Below are positions 31,081 to 40,784 of a stretch of DNA of 64,000 nt, piece by piece. A program made the translations under genes and the position numbers. Position 1 is the first letter of the stretch, and each line of letters begins with the position of its first letter. The notes under the pieces were generated by a model, which saw nothing but the letters and a program-made list of their open reading frames with translations, was not told where the DNA came from and did no database searches. The DNA is from an uncultured Chloroflexia bacterium (GTDB taxonomy: Bacteria > Chloroflexota > Limnocylindria > Limnocylindrales > CSP1-4): NCBI GenBank assembly GCA_963720755.1, contig CAVRGP010000013.1, forward strand, positions 1-64,000. The letters are read 5' to 3'.

Positions 31081-32489
31081 CGACCGGTGGCGGACCGGAC
31101 CTGGAGATCAGCCGCGCCTGGCTGGTGGATCCGGCGACGGATCGAGAGGGTCCCGGCGAGATCGTGGTCCGCGACGGCATCCTGCAGGCGGTCACCTGGT
31201 TGTCGGGTGCCGACGCCGCCGGGATCGAGCCCGAGGGTGTCGTGGTCGCACCCGGCTTCATCGACCTGCACACCCACCTGCGCGAGCCCGGGAACGAGGA
31301 CGCCGAGACGGTCGCCTCCGGGTTGGCCGCGGCCGCGCACGGCGGGTTCACCACGGTCTGCGCCATGCCGAACACGACGCCGGCGTTGGACGAACCGGGT
31401 GTCCTGGCGCTGATCCGCGCCGCAGCGGACGCTTCCGGGTCACCCGTCGAGCTGTTGGCCCACGGCGCGGTGACGGCCGGGCGGGGAGGGGAGCAGTTGG
31501 CCGCGCTCGGCGAGTTGGCCGACGCAGGCGTGGTCGGATTCTCGGATGACGGCTCGCCGGTCCGGTCGGCCCCGGTCCTCCGCGCCGCGCTCGCGTATGC
31601 CGGGGCGTTGGGCCTGCCGATCGTCGAACACGCCGAGGACCTGACCCTGACCGCGGGCGCCGAAGCGAACGACGGCTACGTCGCAACGGTCCTCGGGCTG
31701 CGTGGCTGGCCGGTGGCGGCCGAGGCCTCGGCGGTCGCTCGGGCCATCGCGATCGTGGAGGACGTCATCCGCGACGTGCCCGGCGTCCGTCTCCACCTCA
31801 CCCATCTCTCGACCCGGGCATCGCTGGATCTCGTCCGGGCAGCCCGGATCCGTGGCCTGCCGGTCACCTGCGATGTCACCCCGCATCACCTGGGGATGAC
31901 CGAGGAATGGGTCGCCGGGGCGCGCCGCTGGTCCTGGCAGGCCGTGGACGACGCAGGATCGGCCCGCGACCCGTGGGCCGACTCGGTGCTCGACGCTCGA
32001 CCGTACGCGACATCGACTCGTGTCAATCCGCCGCTCCGCGCGGCCGAGGACGCGATGGCCTGCCTGGCGGCCGTGGCCGACGGGACCGCCAACGCGATCG
32101 CCACCGACCATGCCCCGCACACGGAGGTCGACAAGGCGGTCGAATTCGGGTCGGCCGCCAACGGGATCAGTGGGCTCGAGACGGCCCTCGGGGTCATCCT
32201 GGCCGCCGTGGATGCGGGCCAGCTGACGCTGCTGCAGGCGATCGGCGCCCTGACGACTGGGCCGGCGGCCATCCTCGGCGATCGATCTCGACGGGCCGGC
32301 TCGGTCGGACTGGTCGAGGGGGCGCCCGCTGATCTCGTCGTATTCGACCGCTCCGACCGCTGGACCGTGACGCCCGAGACGCTCCGATCGAGAGGCAAGA
32401 ACACGCCCCTGTTCGGGATGGACCTGGCCGGTCGCGTCCTGCTCACGATGGCCGGCGGCCGGATCGCCTACGAGGCCGCCGACGCCTGA
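31077..32489 (+). CDS. pyrC: Dihydroorotase
   Basis: DLHTHLREPG, AMPNT, VTPHHL, VNPPLR, ATDHAPH. Confidence 0.95.
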   Translation: MTTGGGPDLEISRAWLVDPATDREGPGEIVVRDGILQAVTWLSGADAAGIEPEGVVVAPGFIDLHTHLREPGNEDAETVASGLAAAAHGGFTTVCAMPNTTPALDEPGVLALIRAAADASGSPVELLAHGAVTAGRGGEQLAALGELADAGVVGFSDDGSPVRSAPVLRAALAYAGALGLPIVEHAEDLTLTAGAEANDGYVATVLGLRGWPVAAEASAVARAIAIVEDVIRDVPGVRLHLTHLSTRASLDLVRAARIRGLPVTCDVTPHHLGMTEEWVAGARRWSWQAVDDAGSARDPWADSVLDARPYATSTRVNPPLRAAEDAMACLAAVADGTANAIATDHAPHTEVDKAVEFGSAANGISGLETALGVILAAVDAGQLTLLQAIGALTTGPAAILGDRSRRAGSVGLVEGAPADLVVFDRSDRWTVTPETLRSRGKNTPLFGMDLAGRVLLTMAGGRIAYEAADA

Positions 32490-32505
32490 CCGGCACGCCC
32501 GTTCC

Positions 32506-32892
32506 TTACAGGTGGATGACTTCGAGTCCCGGTGGGTGCAGGTAGTCCGCGTCCTGGGTCACGACCGGCATCCCGAGGGTCATGGCGGTCGCGGCGATCC
32601 ACGAGTCGTTGACCGGCATCTTCAGGCCGTAGTCACGCAACGCGATGCGCAGCCGGGCCCAGGTCTCGGCGACGGCCTGGTCGATCGGGATGGGGTCGAG
32701 TGCGAGGGCGGCCGTGAGGGTCCCGAGTCGACGGTCGCGAGCCCCCACGTCGGCCGCGGCCAGGACGCCGGCGCGCAGTTCGCCGATGGTCACGACCGAC
32801 ACGGCGAGTCGATCTGGCAGTCGATCGGTACGGATGGCTCGCCTGCCTTCGGCGGCGATGAACAGGCTCGTATCCGCGAGGCCGGTCGTCAC
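32506..32892 (-). CDS. vapC: PIN-domain toxin
   Basis: DTSLFI, SVVTIGEL, NDSWIAATA, VVTQD. Confidence 0.9.
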   Translation of the reverse strand: MTTGLADTSLFIAAEGRRAIRTDRLPDRLAVSVVTIGELRAGVLAAADVGARDRRLGTLTAALALDPIPIDQAVAETWARLRIALRDYGLKMPVNDSWIAATAMTLGMPVVTQDADYLHPPGLEVIHL

Positions 32893-33143
32893 GAGGATCG
32901 GAGATCGTCGGTCGTGTCAGGGACCAGTGCGCGGAGTTCCGCTCGCAGGCCCGCGTCGGCGCGGTGGGTGAGCACATCGCGGACGAAGGCCTCGCGGGAC
33001 ATGTATCTGGGTCGATGGCCCGCGGGCTGGAGGATCGCGACCGGCCGACCATCGACCGTGATCGTGATGGCCTCGCCCGCCTCGACGCGATCGAGCAGCG
33101 CCCGTGTGTTGTTGCGAAGTTCTCGCGAGGCGACGTCCGTCAT
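32889..33143 (-). CDS. Phd/YefM-family antitoxin
   Basis: RELRNNTRALLDRVEAGEAITITVDGRPVA; overlaps vapC. Confidence 0.9.
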   Translation of the reverse strand: MTDVASRELRNNTRALLDRVEAGEAITITVDGRPVAILQPAGHRPRYMSREAFVRDVLTHRADAGLRAELRALVPDTTDDLRSS

Positions 33144-33152
33144 CCGACGAGC

Positions 33153-33168
33153 GTAGCACATGTGCTAC
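33153..33168. promoter_or_regulatory. Perfect 16-bp palindrome, probable TA autoregulatory operator
   Basis: GTAGCACATGTGCTAC overlaps the minus-strand TACGCT -10 just upstream of the antitoxin ATG. Confidence 0.7.
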
Positions 33169-33193
33169 AGCCGACTGGATGGTCGGACAGGAT

Positions 33194-34909
33194 CTACGGA
33201 GACGAGCAATCGATGGTTGCGCTCCTGACCGAGTCGTCGTCGAATCTCGCGACATAGGATCCGCAGTCGCCCCAGAAAACGATCGAGACGACCTTCACCG
33301 ACGGATCCTCGAGCCGCTGCGCGTCGATGATCTCCTGGGTCTTCGTTGCGCACGTGTCCGGCCCGAGCGCTCCGCAATCGAGCACGTAGCCGCCCTCGGG
33401 CGGTGGGGGCGGACTGGCGCCCGCGTCGAGGAGTTCGATACTGGCCACATCGACCGGCCGATCGAAATCGAGGACGACCTGGCGTTCGACCCCGAGCGTG
33501 TCGCAGTCGGACGGCTGCGGGCCCATGTCGAACACGATCGAGCGGATACCGGCCGTGACCGTGACCGTGATCTGGCTGTCGCAGATACCACCGACCCAGA
33601 CGAGGTGGACGCGCCCGGGGTGTCCGGGTTCGGCGTAGGCACCGAACCGACCGTCGAGCTGGACGGTCGACGGGTCGACGTCGCCCGTCTCGGCCACGCC
33701 GGTCAGCCGCTCGGACTCATCGACGACCGCCAGCCTGACCGGCGGGGCACCCGCGGCGACCTGGCTCGTGAGGTCGAACGTGATCGCGCCTGATGGAGGC
33801 CACCATCCAGCTTCGGCGGAGGGAGTCGGCGCCGCCGGCGAGCCGCCGACCAGGATCGCGTCCCCGGCCGGATTCATCTCGTAGATCGCGTCAGTCCCGT
33901 CGATGACGATGTACGTCACCACGTGGTCGGTCTCCAGGACTCGGACGATCCACAGGATAGGTTCGTTGGTCAGGGCCGAGGTCCCGGCGAGGGTCGGCTC
34001 GAACGGCACGAGGCCGGACGGGCCATCGACGATGGTCGTGGACAGGATCGGTGAACCCGGTGACTCGGCGGCGACGACGCGCGAGATGTCGTCCGTGGTC
34101 GATCGCGGCGGGCCACCCAGGATGACTTGATCCCGGGGCTGGGTCTGGCCACCGACCCAGGCGACCCGATCGACGACGAACCGATCACGACAGGTCTGGA
34201 TCTCATCCGTCGGGCAAAGCTGCGCCCTACGGTCGTCGAAATGGCCGATCACGACGACCTGCTCCGGGGCCGAGCCGTCGGCTGTGCTGGTCTGCGGCGG
34301 CGCCGGTTCCCAGGAATCGTCGATGCCGTCGAGATCCAGGTTGAATGCCGGGCCTCGTGGCCCCTGCATCGACAGCCCGTCGCTACCGAGATGGATCAGC
34401 GACTCGGGGTCTTCCGTAAGCCACACGAACTGGTCCGGACACTGGGGTTGGACGGGGCTCTGGGCCGGCTCCATCGGCGTGCATGTGGGCATGAGGTGAG
34501 GGCCGAACCAGCCGTTGACGGCGAGCTCGCGGTCGTCGATCCCGGCGCCGCGAACGGCCAGCGCCGCGGACACGGAGATCGTATCGAGACCGAAGAGCGA
34601 CGTTGGCGACGGCTGAGCGGATCCAGACGGAGACCGAGACGGAGCTGGCGAGGGTGAGCCAACGGTGCCATTGCCATGATCGCCGAACCGCCCGAGCCCG
34701 ACCAGCGCCACCGCGACGACGATGGCCGCCAGCCCGATCGCGCCGGCCGCCAGCGGTCGGCCCCAGGAGCCCAGCCATCGTCGGTCGGGTCGGGTCCCGG
34801 CGATCTGGTCGTGGATCGTCCCGGCCAGCGACGCCGGCGGCGGCCGGTCGGCGAGTCCATGGAAGGCCGCCGCCAGGCGATCGTCGTCCCAGCCCGGCCG
34901 TTCATTCAT
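33194..34909 (-). CDS. Membrane-anchored putative anti-sigma factor with a large Cys-containing extracellular region
   Basis: ATGA-coupled to an ECF sigma; short N-terminus, single TM, SP linker, paired cysteines. Confidence 0.7.
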   Translation of the reverse strand: MNERPGWDDDRLAAAFHGLADRPPPASLAGTIHDQIAGTRPDRRWLGSWGRPLAAGAIGLAAIVVAVALVGLGRFGDHGNGTVGSPSPAPSRSPSGSAQPSPTSLFGLDTISVSAALAVRGAGIDDRELAVNGWFGPHLMPTCTPMEPAQSPVQPQCPDQFVWLTEDPESLIHLGSDGLSMQGPRGPAFNLDLDGIDDSWEPAPPQTSTADGSAPEQVVVIGHFDDRRAQLCPTDEIQTCRDRFVVDRVAWVGGQTQPRDQVILGGPPRSTTDDISRVVAAESPGSPILSTTIVDGPSGLVPFEPTLAGTSALTNEPILWIVRVLETDHVVTYIVIDGTDAIYEMNPAGDAILVGGSPAAPTPSAEAGWWPPSGAITFDLTSQVAAGAPPVRLAVVDESERLTGVAETGDVDPSTVQLDGRFGAYAEPGHPGRVHLVWVGGICDSQITVTVTAGIRSIVFDMGPQPSDCDTLGVERQVVLDFDRPVDVASIELLDAGASPPPPPEGGYVLDCGALGPDTCATKTQEIIDAQRLEDPSVKVVSIVFWGDCGSYVARFDDDSVRSATIDCSSP

Positions 34910-35460
34910 CGCGTCCGCCCCTCGCTCGCAAGTGCCGCCTCGAGGGCAGCTCGTGCGGTGTGCAGTCTGGATTTCACGGTCCCGACCGGGATCTCGAGGA
35001 TGCCGGCCAACTCGGCGACTCCATGGCCCTCGAGGTGGTGGAGGACCAGGATCGTCCGCTGGTCGATGGGCAATCGATCGAGCGCCGCGCGGAGCATGTC
35101 CGTGTCGGACGACTGGGGTCGCGGCAGGCGATCGCTCGCCGCGGCGATCGCCGCCACGTCGCCCGACGGGATCTCGCGGACTCGCCGCCGGCCGCGCGCC
35201 CGGAGCGTCATCCGTGCCGAGTTGACCGCGATCCGCTGCAGCCAGGCGTCGAACCGGTCCCCGTCGCGCAGGCTGCGGATCCGGCGCCAGGCGGCGACGA
35301 ACGTCTCCTGGGTCGCGTCCCCGGCGTCGGCGGCATCGCCGACGATGGCGAAGGAGAGGCGGTAGATGGCGTCGATCCGGGCGTGCATGATCTCCTCGAA
35401 CGCGCCGAGGTCCCCCTGGCGTGCCCGATCGATGAGCGACCGGTCCGGTACGGGTTCGAT
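34906..35460 (-). CDS. ECF RNA polymerase sigma factor (start uncertain)
   Basis: In frame: DRSLIDRARQGDLGAFEEI...DATQETFVAAWR...AWLQRIAVN...IPVGTVKSRLHTAR. No canonical start codon near the RBS. Confidence 0.88.
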   Translation of the reverse strand: MEPVPDRSLIDRARQGDLGAFEEIMHARIDAIYRLSFAIVGDAADAGDATQETFVAAWRRIRSLRDGDRFDAWLQRIAVNSARMTLRARGRRRVREIPSGDVAAIAAASDRLPRPQSSDTDMLRAALDRLPIDQRTILVLHHLEGHGVAELAGILEIPVGTVKSRLHTARAALEAALASEGRTR

Positions 35461-35559
35461 CGGTCTTCCTCCGATGCGCGTTCGACCATCTGATGCCGCT
35501 CGCGGGGCCGAGGTTCAGTCTGACGCGGATCTCGGTCGCGACGCTACGCTTCCGAAGCC

Positions 35560-36879
35560 ATGGCGACGTCCACGTTGAACCGCGACTACGAGCGCCGCTC
35601 CCTGTGGAGCGCCACGATGGCGGCGCTGCCGGATCGGAGCGGCCGGGATCTGCCGGACGCGGCCGATGTCGTCGTCATCGGCGGCGGTTACACCGGCATC
35701 GATGCCGCCAGAGAGCTGGCCGCAAGGGGAGTCGCCGTCACCCTGCTGGAGGCGGAGACCCTTGGCTGGGGGGCCTCGACCCGCAACGGCGGCATCGTCC
35801 ATGCCGGGTACAAGTGGGGCCCGCGCCAGCTCATCCGCCGGAACGGCGAGGTGACCGGGGCCGCCCTCTACCGGGACACCCTCGCCGGGTACGAAACGGT
35901 CAAGCGACTGATCGCCGAAGGTTCGATCGACTGCGACTTCCGGGAGGTCGGCCACCTCGAACTCGCCTACGCCCGGTCGCATGTCCGCCTGCTCGAGGAA
36001 GAACACGAGAGCCTGACCGGCGTCGGGGTCGCCTCGCAGCTCATCCCGCGCGAACGGGTCCGCGAGGAGATCGGGTCGGATGTCTATCACGGGGCGCTGA
36101 TCGTGCCGAGCAGCGGGCTCCTCCATCCTGGGCGCTACTTCGCGGGCCTCGCTGCCGCGGCCGACCGAGCCGGCGCCGACCTGCACGAGGGTGTCCGTGC
36201 CCGGGCGATCCGCCGCCAGGCCGACGGGCGGTACGTCGTGGAGACCGCGCGCGGAGCGATCCTTGCCCGCGACGTCCTGGTGGCGACGAATGGGTACACG
36301 GACGGGGTCGCGCCGTCGCTCCGCCGTCGGATCATCCCGATCGGCAGTTACATCATCGCCAGCGAACCGCTGCCCGAGGACCTTGTCGCGGAACTGTCGC
36401 CGCACGGACGGGCGTTCTTCGACACCAAGAACTTCCTGTACTACTGGCACATCTCGGCCGATCGCCGGATGGTCTTCGGAGGGCGAGCCAGCTTCCTGCC
36501 GACGTCCATCGATCGGATGGCCGAGATCCTCCATCGCGGCCTGCTCGAGGTCCATCCGCAGATGGCCGGCCGGCGGATCGACTACGCCTGGGGCGGCAAC
36601 GTCGGCTTCACCTTCGACCGGATGCCCCATGTCGGGCGGACCTCGGACGGCGTGGCCTTCGCGATGGGTTGCTGCGGCACGGGCATCGCGATGATGACCC
36701 ACCTGGGGACGACGGTCGGAGCATGGATGGCCGGGGGAGAGGCACCGATCCTCACCAAGCTTCGCTTCCCCCTGGTCCCCGCTCCGTACGAAGGGCGACC
36801 CTGGTTCCTGCCCGTCGTCGGGGAGTGGTACCGGATCCAGGATCGGCTGGCGGGCCGCGACAAGCCGAAGCCGCGATGA
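35560..36879 (+). CDS. FAD-dependent oxidoreductase, DAO family (PuuB/OrdL-like)
   Basis: VIGGGYTG, GASTRNGG, LHPGRY, VATNGY, MVFGGR, YAWGG. Confidence 0.88.
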   Translation: MATSTLNRDYERRSLWSATMAALPDRSGRDLPDAADVVVIGGGYTGIDAARELAARGVAVTLLEAETLGWGASTRNGGIVHAGYKWGPRQLIRRNGEVTGAALYRDTLAGYETVKRLIAEGSIDCDFREVGHLELAYARSHVRLLEEEHESLTGVGVASQLIPRERVREEIGSDVYHGALIVPSSGLLHPGRYFAGLAAAADRAGADLHEGVRARAIRRQADGRYVVETARGAILARDVLVATNGYTDGVAPSLRRRIIPIGSYIIASEPLPEDLVAELSPHGRAFFDTKNFLYYWHISADRRMVFGGRASFLPTSIDRMAEILHRGLLEVHPQMAGRRIDYAWGGNVGFTFDRMPHVGRTSDGVAFAMGCCGTGIAMMTHLGTTVGAWMAGGEAPILTKLRFPLVPAPYEGRPWFLPVVGEWYRIQDRLAGRDKPKPR

Positions 36880-37754
36880 AGGTCGGCTTCCGGACGTCGC
36901 CGCAGAACACGGACTGGACGAGCCTCGAGGCGGCCTGGGAGGAGGCGGGCCGGCACGACGTGTTCGATTCCGGGTGGCTCAACGACCACTTCATGGACCC
37001 CGTCCGTGACCGGGGCGGGTCGGCGTTCGAGGCGATGACGACGCTTGCTGCGCTCGCCCATCACGTCCCGGGCAAGTCGGTCGGGCAGACCGTGCTGGCC
37101 GCCACGTTCCGCCATCCGTCGGTCCTGGCGAAGGAGGCGGTCACCCTCGATCACCTCACGGGCGGCCGGTACATCCTGGGCCTCGGGGCCGGCTGGCACA
37201 TCGGCGAGCACGAGTCGTTCGGCATCGACCTGCCGCCGATCGGCGAGCGGTTCGATCGGTACGAGTCGACGATCCGCGTGTTGCGGGCACTGTTCAGCGA
37301 CGAGGCCCGCGCCGAGCCCGGCGTGACCCTCGATGCGCCGCCGTACCGGCTCGATAGGGCGGTCATGGAGCCGGGACCGGTCCATCCGGGCGGCCCGAAG
37401 CTGTGGCTCGGTGGGCAGGGTCCGCGAGGTCTGCGGCTCGCGGCACGGTACGCCGACGGCTGGAACTACGCCTCCAACCTCGCCGGCACGCTCGAGGGGT
37501 TCATCGAGCGACGCGACCTGCTGCGGGCGGCCTGCCAGGCGATCGAGCGCGATCCGACGACCCTGACCCTGTCGGTCCAGATCATCATCCCGCCGCACGG
37601 TCAGCCCCGACGCATCGCCTTCGACCAGGCGGTCGCCTACGGCCGCGCGGGCGCCTCGGAGATCCTGCTCACGACACTGGCAAGTGAGGGCGCGGCCGGG
37701 ATCCGCCGACTTGCGACCGAGGTGGCCGAACCACTGAAGGCGATGTTCGACTAG
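36876..37754 (+). CDS. LLM-class flavin/F420-dependent oxidoreductase
   Basis: WLNDHF, RHPSVLAK, TLDHLTGGR..LGLGAGW, LWLGGQG, AARYADGWN. Confidence 0.88.
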   Translation: MKVGFRTSPQNTDWTSLEAAWEEAGRHDVFDSGWLNDHFMDPVRDRGGSAFEAMTTLAALAHHVPGKSVGQTVLAATFRHPSVLAKEAVTLDHLTGGRYILGLGAGWHIGEHESFGIDLPPIGERFDRYESTIRVLRALFSDEARAEPGVTLDAPPYRLDRAVMEPGPVHPGGPKLWLGGQGPRGLRLAARYADGWNYASNLAGTLEGFIERRDLLRAACQAIERDPTTLTLSVQIIIPPHGQPRRIAFDQAVAYGRAGASEILLTTLASEGAAGIRRLATEVAEPLKAMFD

Positions 37755-39301
37755 GACCCGGACGCGAGTCTTCGAAGCCCGTCGAGCAGCCGGTCGATAT
37801 CCGACGGTGCCGCCAGGTAGTTGACGATCCCGGCGCGGAGCCATGTCTCGCCGCGCAACCGGGTGGTCGTCAACCAGCCGTCGCCGGAGACCTCGAGCGC
37901 GCGCTGCAAGCGGTCCTGGTGGGCATCGAGCTCGCCGGCCGGCAAGGCTGCCGCCGCGGCTCGTCCGCCCGGGAGGTGCCGGAAACAGACGACCGAGAGC
38001 TCGGGCACGGCGGGGATCGCCTCGAAGTCGTCGGCGGCGGCGCACCGTTCGGCCAGGAGCGCGGCGAGGTCATCGTTCGCCTCGACGAGACGGCCGAAAC
38101 CGGCCGTGCCGAGATGCTTCCAGGACATCCACAGTTTGAGCGCGCGCCAGCGTCGGGTCCCTTCGAAGCTCAGCTTGTAGAAGTTGAGCTGGTCGCCGTG
38201 GTGATCGTCCCTGGCCGTCTCGCCGCCCCGGTAGTACTCGGGTGCCCGACCGCCGAAGGCCCGGGCCAGGTGGTCGCCATCGCGGACCAGCAATCCGCCG
38301 ATGTCGTAGGCCTGGAAGAACCACTTGTGCGGGTCCACGGTCACCGAGTCGGCCCGGTCGAGGTCGGGCACGCGGTCGCGATCGCGCTGGGACAGGCGCG
38401 CCCCGCCGCCGTAGGCCGCGTCGACATGGAGCCACAGGTCGTTGGCCTCGGCCACGTCCGCGAGCTCGCCGACGAGATCGACCGAGCCGGTATTCGTGGA
38501 ACCGGCCACGGCCGCGATGGCGAAGGGTCGGTGTCCGGCGATCCGGTCCCGCGCCACCGCGTCGTCGACCGTCGCGCCGTGGAGCCGGAAGTCGGTGTCG
38601 GACGGGAGCACGACGAGCGTTGCCGGCGGGAACCCGAGCAGGTCGAGCGCGCGAGCGACCGAGAAGTGGGCCTGGTCCGACGTATAGACCCGCACGCCCT
38701 CGAGCATCGCGCCCCGGGGTGGACGACCGGCATCGAGGAGGCGGCCGAGGTGGATGTCACGGGCGAGGGCCATGCCCATGAAGTTGGCCATCACACCGCC
38801 GGAGGTCAGCAGCCCGAATGAGCGCGACCCGAACCCGATCAGGTCGCACAGCCAGCGGACCACCTCCTCCTCGACGAAGGACGCGAGCGGACCGGCGTGC
38901 CAGACGTCGACGCCCTGGTTCGTCATCTGGGCGATCAGCTCGCCCATCATCGAGACGGGCAGGGGCGGTGGCGTGAAGTAGCCGAACTGACGCGGATGCT
39001 GGGCGTTCATCTGGCCGCCCGCGAGGCGATCGCGGAATTCGTCGAGGATGGTTGCGATCGGCGTCGGGTCCTCGGGGGCCGGGGCCGGCCGGCCGGTCGC
39101 TCCGAAGAACGAGGCTCGCAGCGCCGGGTAGGGCGCGGGGTCGCCCATCGCCCGATGCGTCGCCTCGTCGTACAGGAAGTCGAGCGCCGCCGCCCAGCTG
39201 TCCGCGCCGAGGCGTTCCATCGCCGGCCGGGAAGCGGGGGTCGCGTAGTCGATCAGGGCCGGTTCGGGGTGCCAGTCGAAGCGAGATGGTGGATCGGACA
39301 T
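37751..39301 (-). CDS. Group II PLP-dependent decarboxylase
   Basis: HPRQFGY, TSGGVMAN, AHFSV, AGSTNTGSVD, HVDAAYGG, DPHKW. Confidence 0.92.
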   Translation of the reverse strand: MSDPPSRFDWHPEPALIDYATPASRPAMERLGADSWAAALDFLYDEATHRAMGDPAPYPALRASFFGATGRPAPAPEDPTPIATILDEFRDRLAGGQMNAQHPRQFGYFTPPPLPVSMMGELIAQMTNQGVDVWHAGPLASFVEEEVVRWLCDLIGFGSRSFGLLTSGGVMANFMGMALARDIHLGRLLDAGRPPRGAMLEGVRVYTSDQAHFSVARALDLLGFPPATLVVLPSDTDFRLHGATVDDAVARDRIAGHRPFAIAAVAGSTNTGSVDLVGELADVAEANDLWLHVDAAYGGGARLSQRDRDRVPDLDRADSVTVDPHKWFFQAYDIGGLLVRDGDHLARAFGGRAPEYYRGGETARDDHHGDQLNFYKLSFEGTRRWRALKLWMSWKHLGTAGFGRLVEANDDLAALLAERCAAADDFEAIPAVPELSVVCFRHLPGGRAAAAALPAGELDAHQDRLQRALEVSGDGWLTTTRLRGETWLRAGIVNYLAAPSDIDRLLDGLRRLASGS

Positions 39302-39358
39302 CGGACCGAGATGGTACCGGCACGCGTGGCCGGCGGTGGCGTCGTACCCTTGCGGGCG

Positions 39359-39871
39359 ATGGACGACCACGATCCGGCTGGGCGCGCCTGGCTCACCGCG
39401 CACCTGGACCCGCTCGGGGTCGAGTACGCGCTGTTCGCCTGCGACCCGACATTGGCGGACACGGCTGCGTTCTGCGCCACCTATGGCTTCGCGCCCGAGG
39501 ACTCGGCCAACACCATCGTGGTGATCGGCAAGTCCGACCCACCCAGGTTCGCCGCCTGCGTGACCCTCGCTCCGAATCGGCTCGACGTCAATCGGACCAT
39601 CCGTGACCGACTCGGGACACGCAAGGCATCGTTCGCGCCCGCGGAGCAGACGGCTGCCTTGACCGGGATGCAGATCGGCGGGGTGACGGTCTTCGGCTTG
39701 CCCACCGACATGCCGATCTGGGTCGACTCGCGGGTGATGGACCGGCCGCGGATCGTCCTCGGCGGCGGCTCGCGATCCTGGAAGGTCATCGCCGTCCCGG
39801 AGATCCTCAGCGCGCTGCCGGGCGTCGAGGTCGTGGACGGCCTCGCGAACGAGCCAGGACCCGCGACATGA
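39359..39871 (+). CDS. YbaK/EbsC-family aminoacyl-tRNA deacylase-like protein
   Basis: LADTAAFC, SANTIVV, KASFA, TGMQIGGVTVFGLP, GGGSR. Confidence 0.85.
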   Translation: MDDHDPAGRAWLTAHLDPLGVEYALFACDPTLADTAAFCATYGFAPEDSANTIVVIGKSDPPRFAACVTLAPNRLDVNRTIRDRLGTRKASFAPAEQTAALTGMQIGGVTVFGLPTDMPIWVDSRVMDRPRIVLGGGSRSWKVIAVPEILSALPGVEVVDGLANEPGPAT

Positions 39872-40323
39872 CCGACCCCGAGGCCGGCTCACAAACAGGC
39901 CCGGAGGCCAGCTCACCGGATCCCCGCGCGGATCCGACCCCGCCGCGCCGGCCCCGCTCGACCGGCCCCGTCCAGTACAAGGGCGATGTCCTGGAGGCTG
40001 AGCGTGGGCCCGGCCTCGGCTGCTTCCGTTTCCAGCTCGTGATCCTGGTCGTGTTCGTGATCCTGACCCCGCTCAGCGTGGTCTGGAACTGGCCACCGAC
40101 GATCAGCGCACTGCTGCTGTTCGCGGTGATCCTGCTCCTCCTGTTCACCGGTCAGACGATCATCTTCCTGCTTCGTCTGGTCAGTGCGGATCGACGCGGG
40201 CGTCGGCGGCCGCTGGCGAGCGGGACCCAGACCGTGGGCGAACTCGAAGACGCGGCGAGCGACGCCACCCCCGACGCCGCCGACGCCGCACCCTCGGTGG
40301 ACGAGACGCCGGACCTCTCCTGA
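39868..40323 (+). CDS. Hypothetical two-TM membrane protein
   Basis: Two hydrophobic helices; ATGA overlap with the YbaK gene. Confidence 0.7.
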   Translation: MTDPEAGSQTGPEASSPDPRADPTPPRRPRSTGPVQYKGDVLEAERGPGLGCFRFQLVILVVFVILTPLSVVWNWPPTISALLLFAVILLLLFTGQTIIFLLRLVSADRRGRRRPLASGTQTVGELEDAASDATPDAADAAPSVDETPDLS

Positions 40324-40429
40324 CAGCACGCCCGACGGGCACGCATCGCACTCATGAGCGTCGGCCCGTGCGACAATGCCCTTCGGCGTCGGGCGCGACG
40401 TCGGATCGATCGTCAGGAGGACTGCATCC

Positions 40430-40756
40430 GTGCCCGTGCTCGCGACCTACTTCAGCGTTCGCCGCGGCCGTGACCCGTTCTTCAAGTTCTTCATGCGGAC
40501 GATCTTCCCCAGGCAGGTGAAGGATTACGAGGAGAAGTTCGGGATCCGGTTCGTGGGCTGGTTCAACGTCGCCCATGGCTGGGATTTTGACAACGTGATC
40601 CTGCTGGACCTGCCCGACTACGCGACACTCGACAAGCTCGAGGCCGACGAGGCCACCCGCGCCCTCGGCCATCGTGCCGGGGAGTGGATCTTCGAACGAC
40701 ACCACTCGATGTTCCTTCGAGAGCGGATGGGTCCGGATCTCGAATACCACCCGTAG
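40430..40756 (+). CDS. Hypothetical small protein (dimeric alpha-beta barrel-like)
   Basis: AGGAGG RBS, GTG start, strongly GC3-biased codons. Confidence 0.75.
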   Translation: MPVLATYFSVRRGRDPFFKFFMRTIFPRQVKDYEEKFGIRFVGWFNVAHGWDFDNVILLDLPDYATLDKLEADEATRALGHRAGEWIFERHHSMFLRERMGPDLEYHP

Positions 40757-40784
40757 ATATCCCCGACAGCACGGAGGCGACCAG

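Noticed and set aside
32506-35460. TA + ECF block as a prophage or integrative element
   Set aside because: No integrase, phage genes, flanking direct repeats or tRNA target were recognised.
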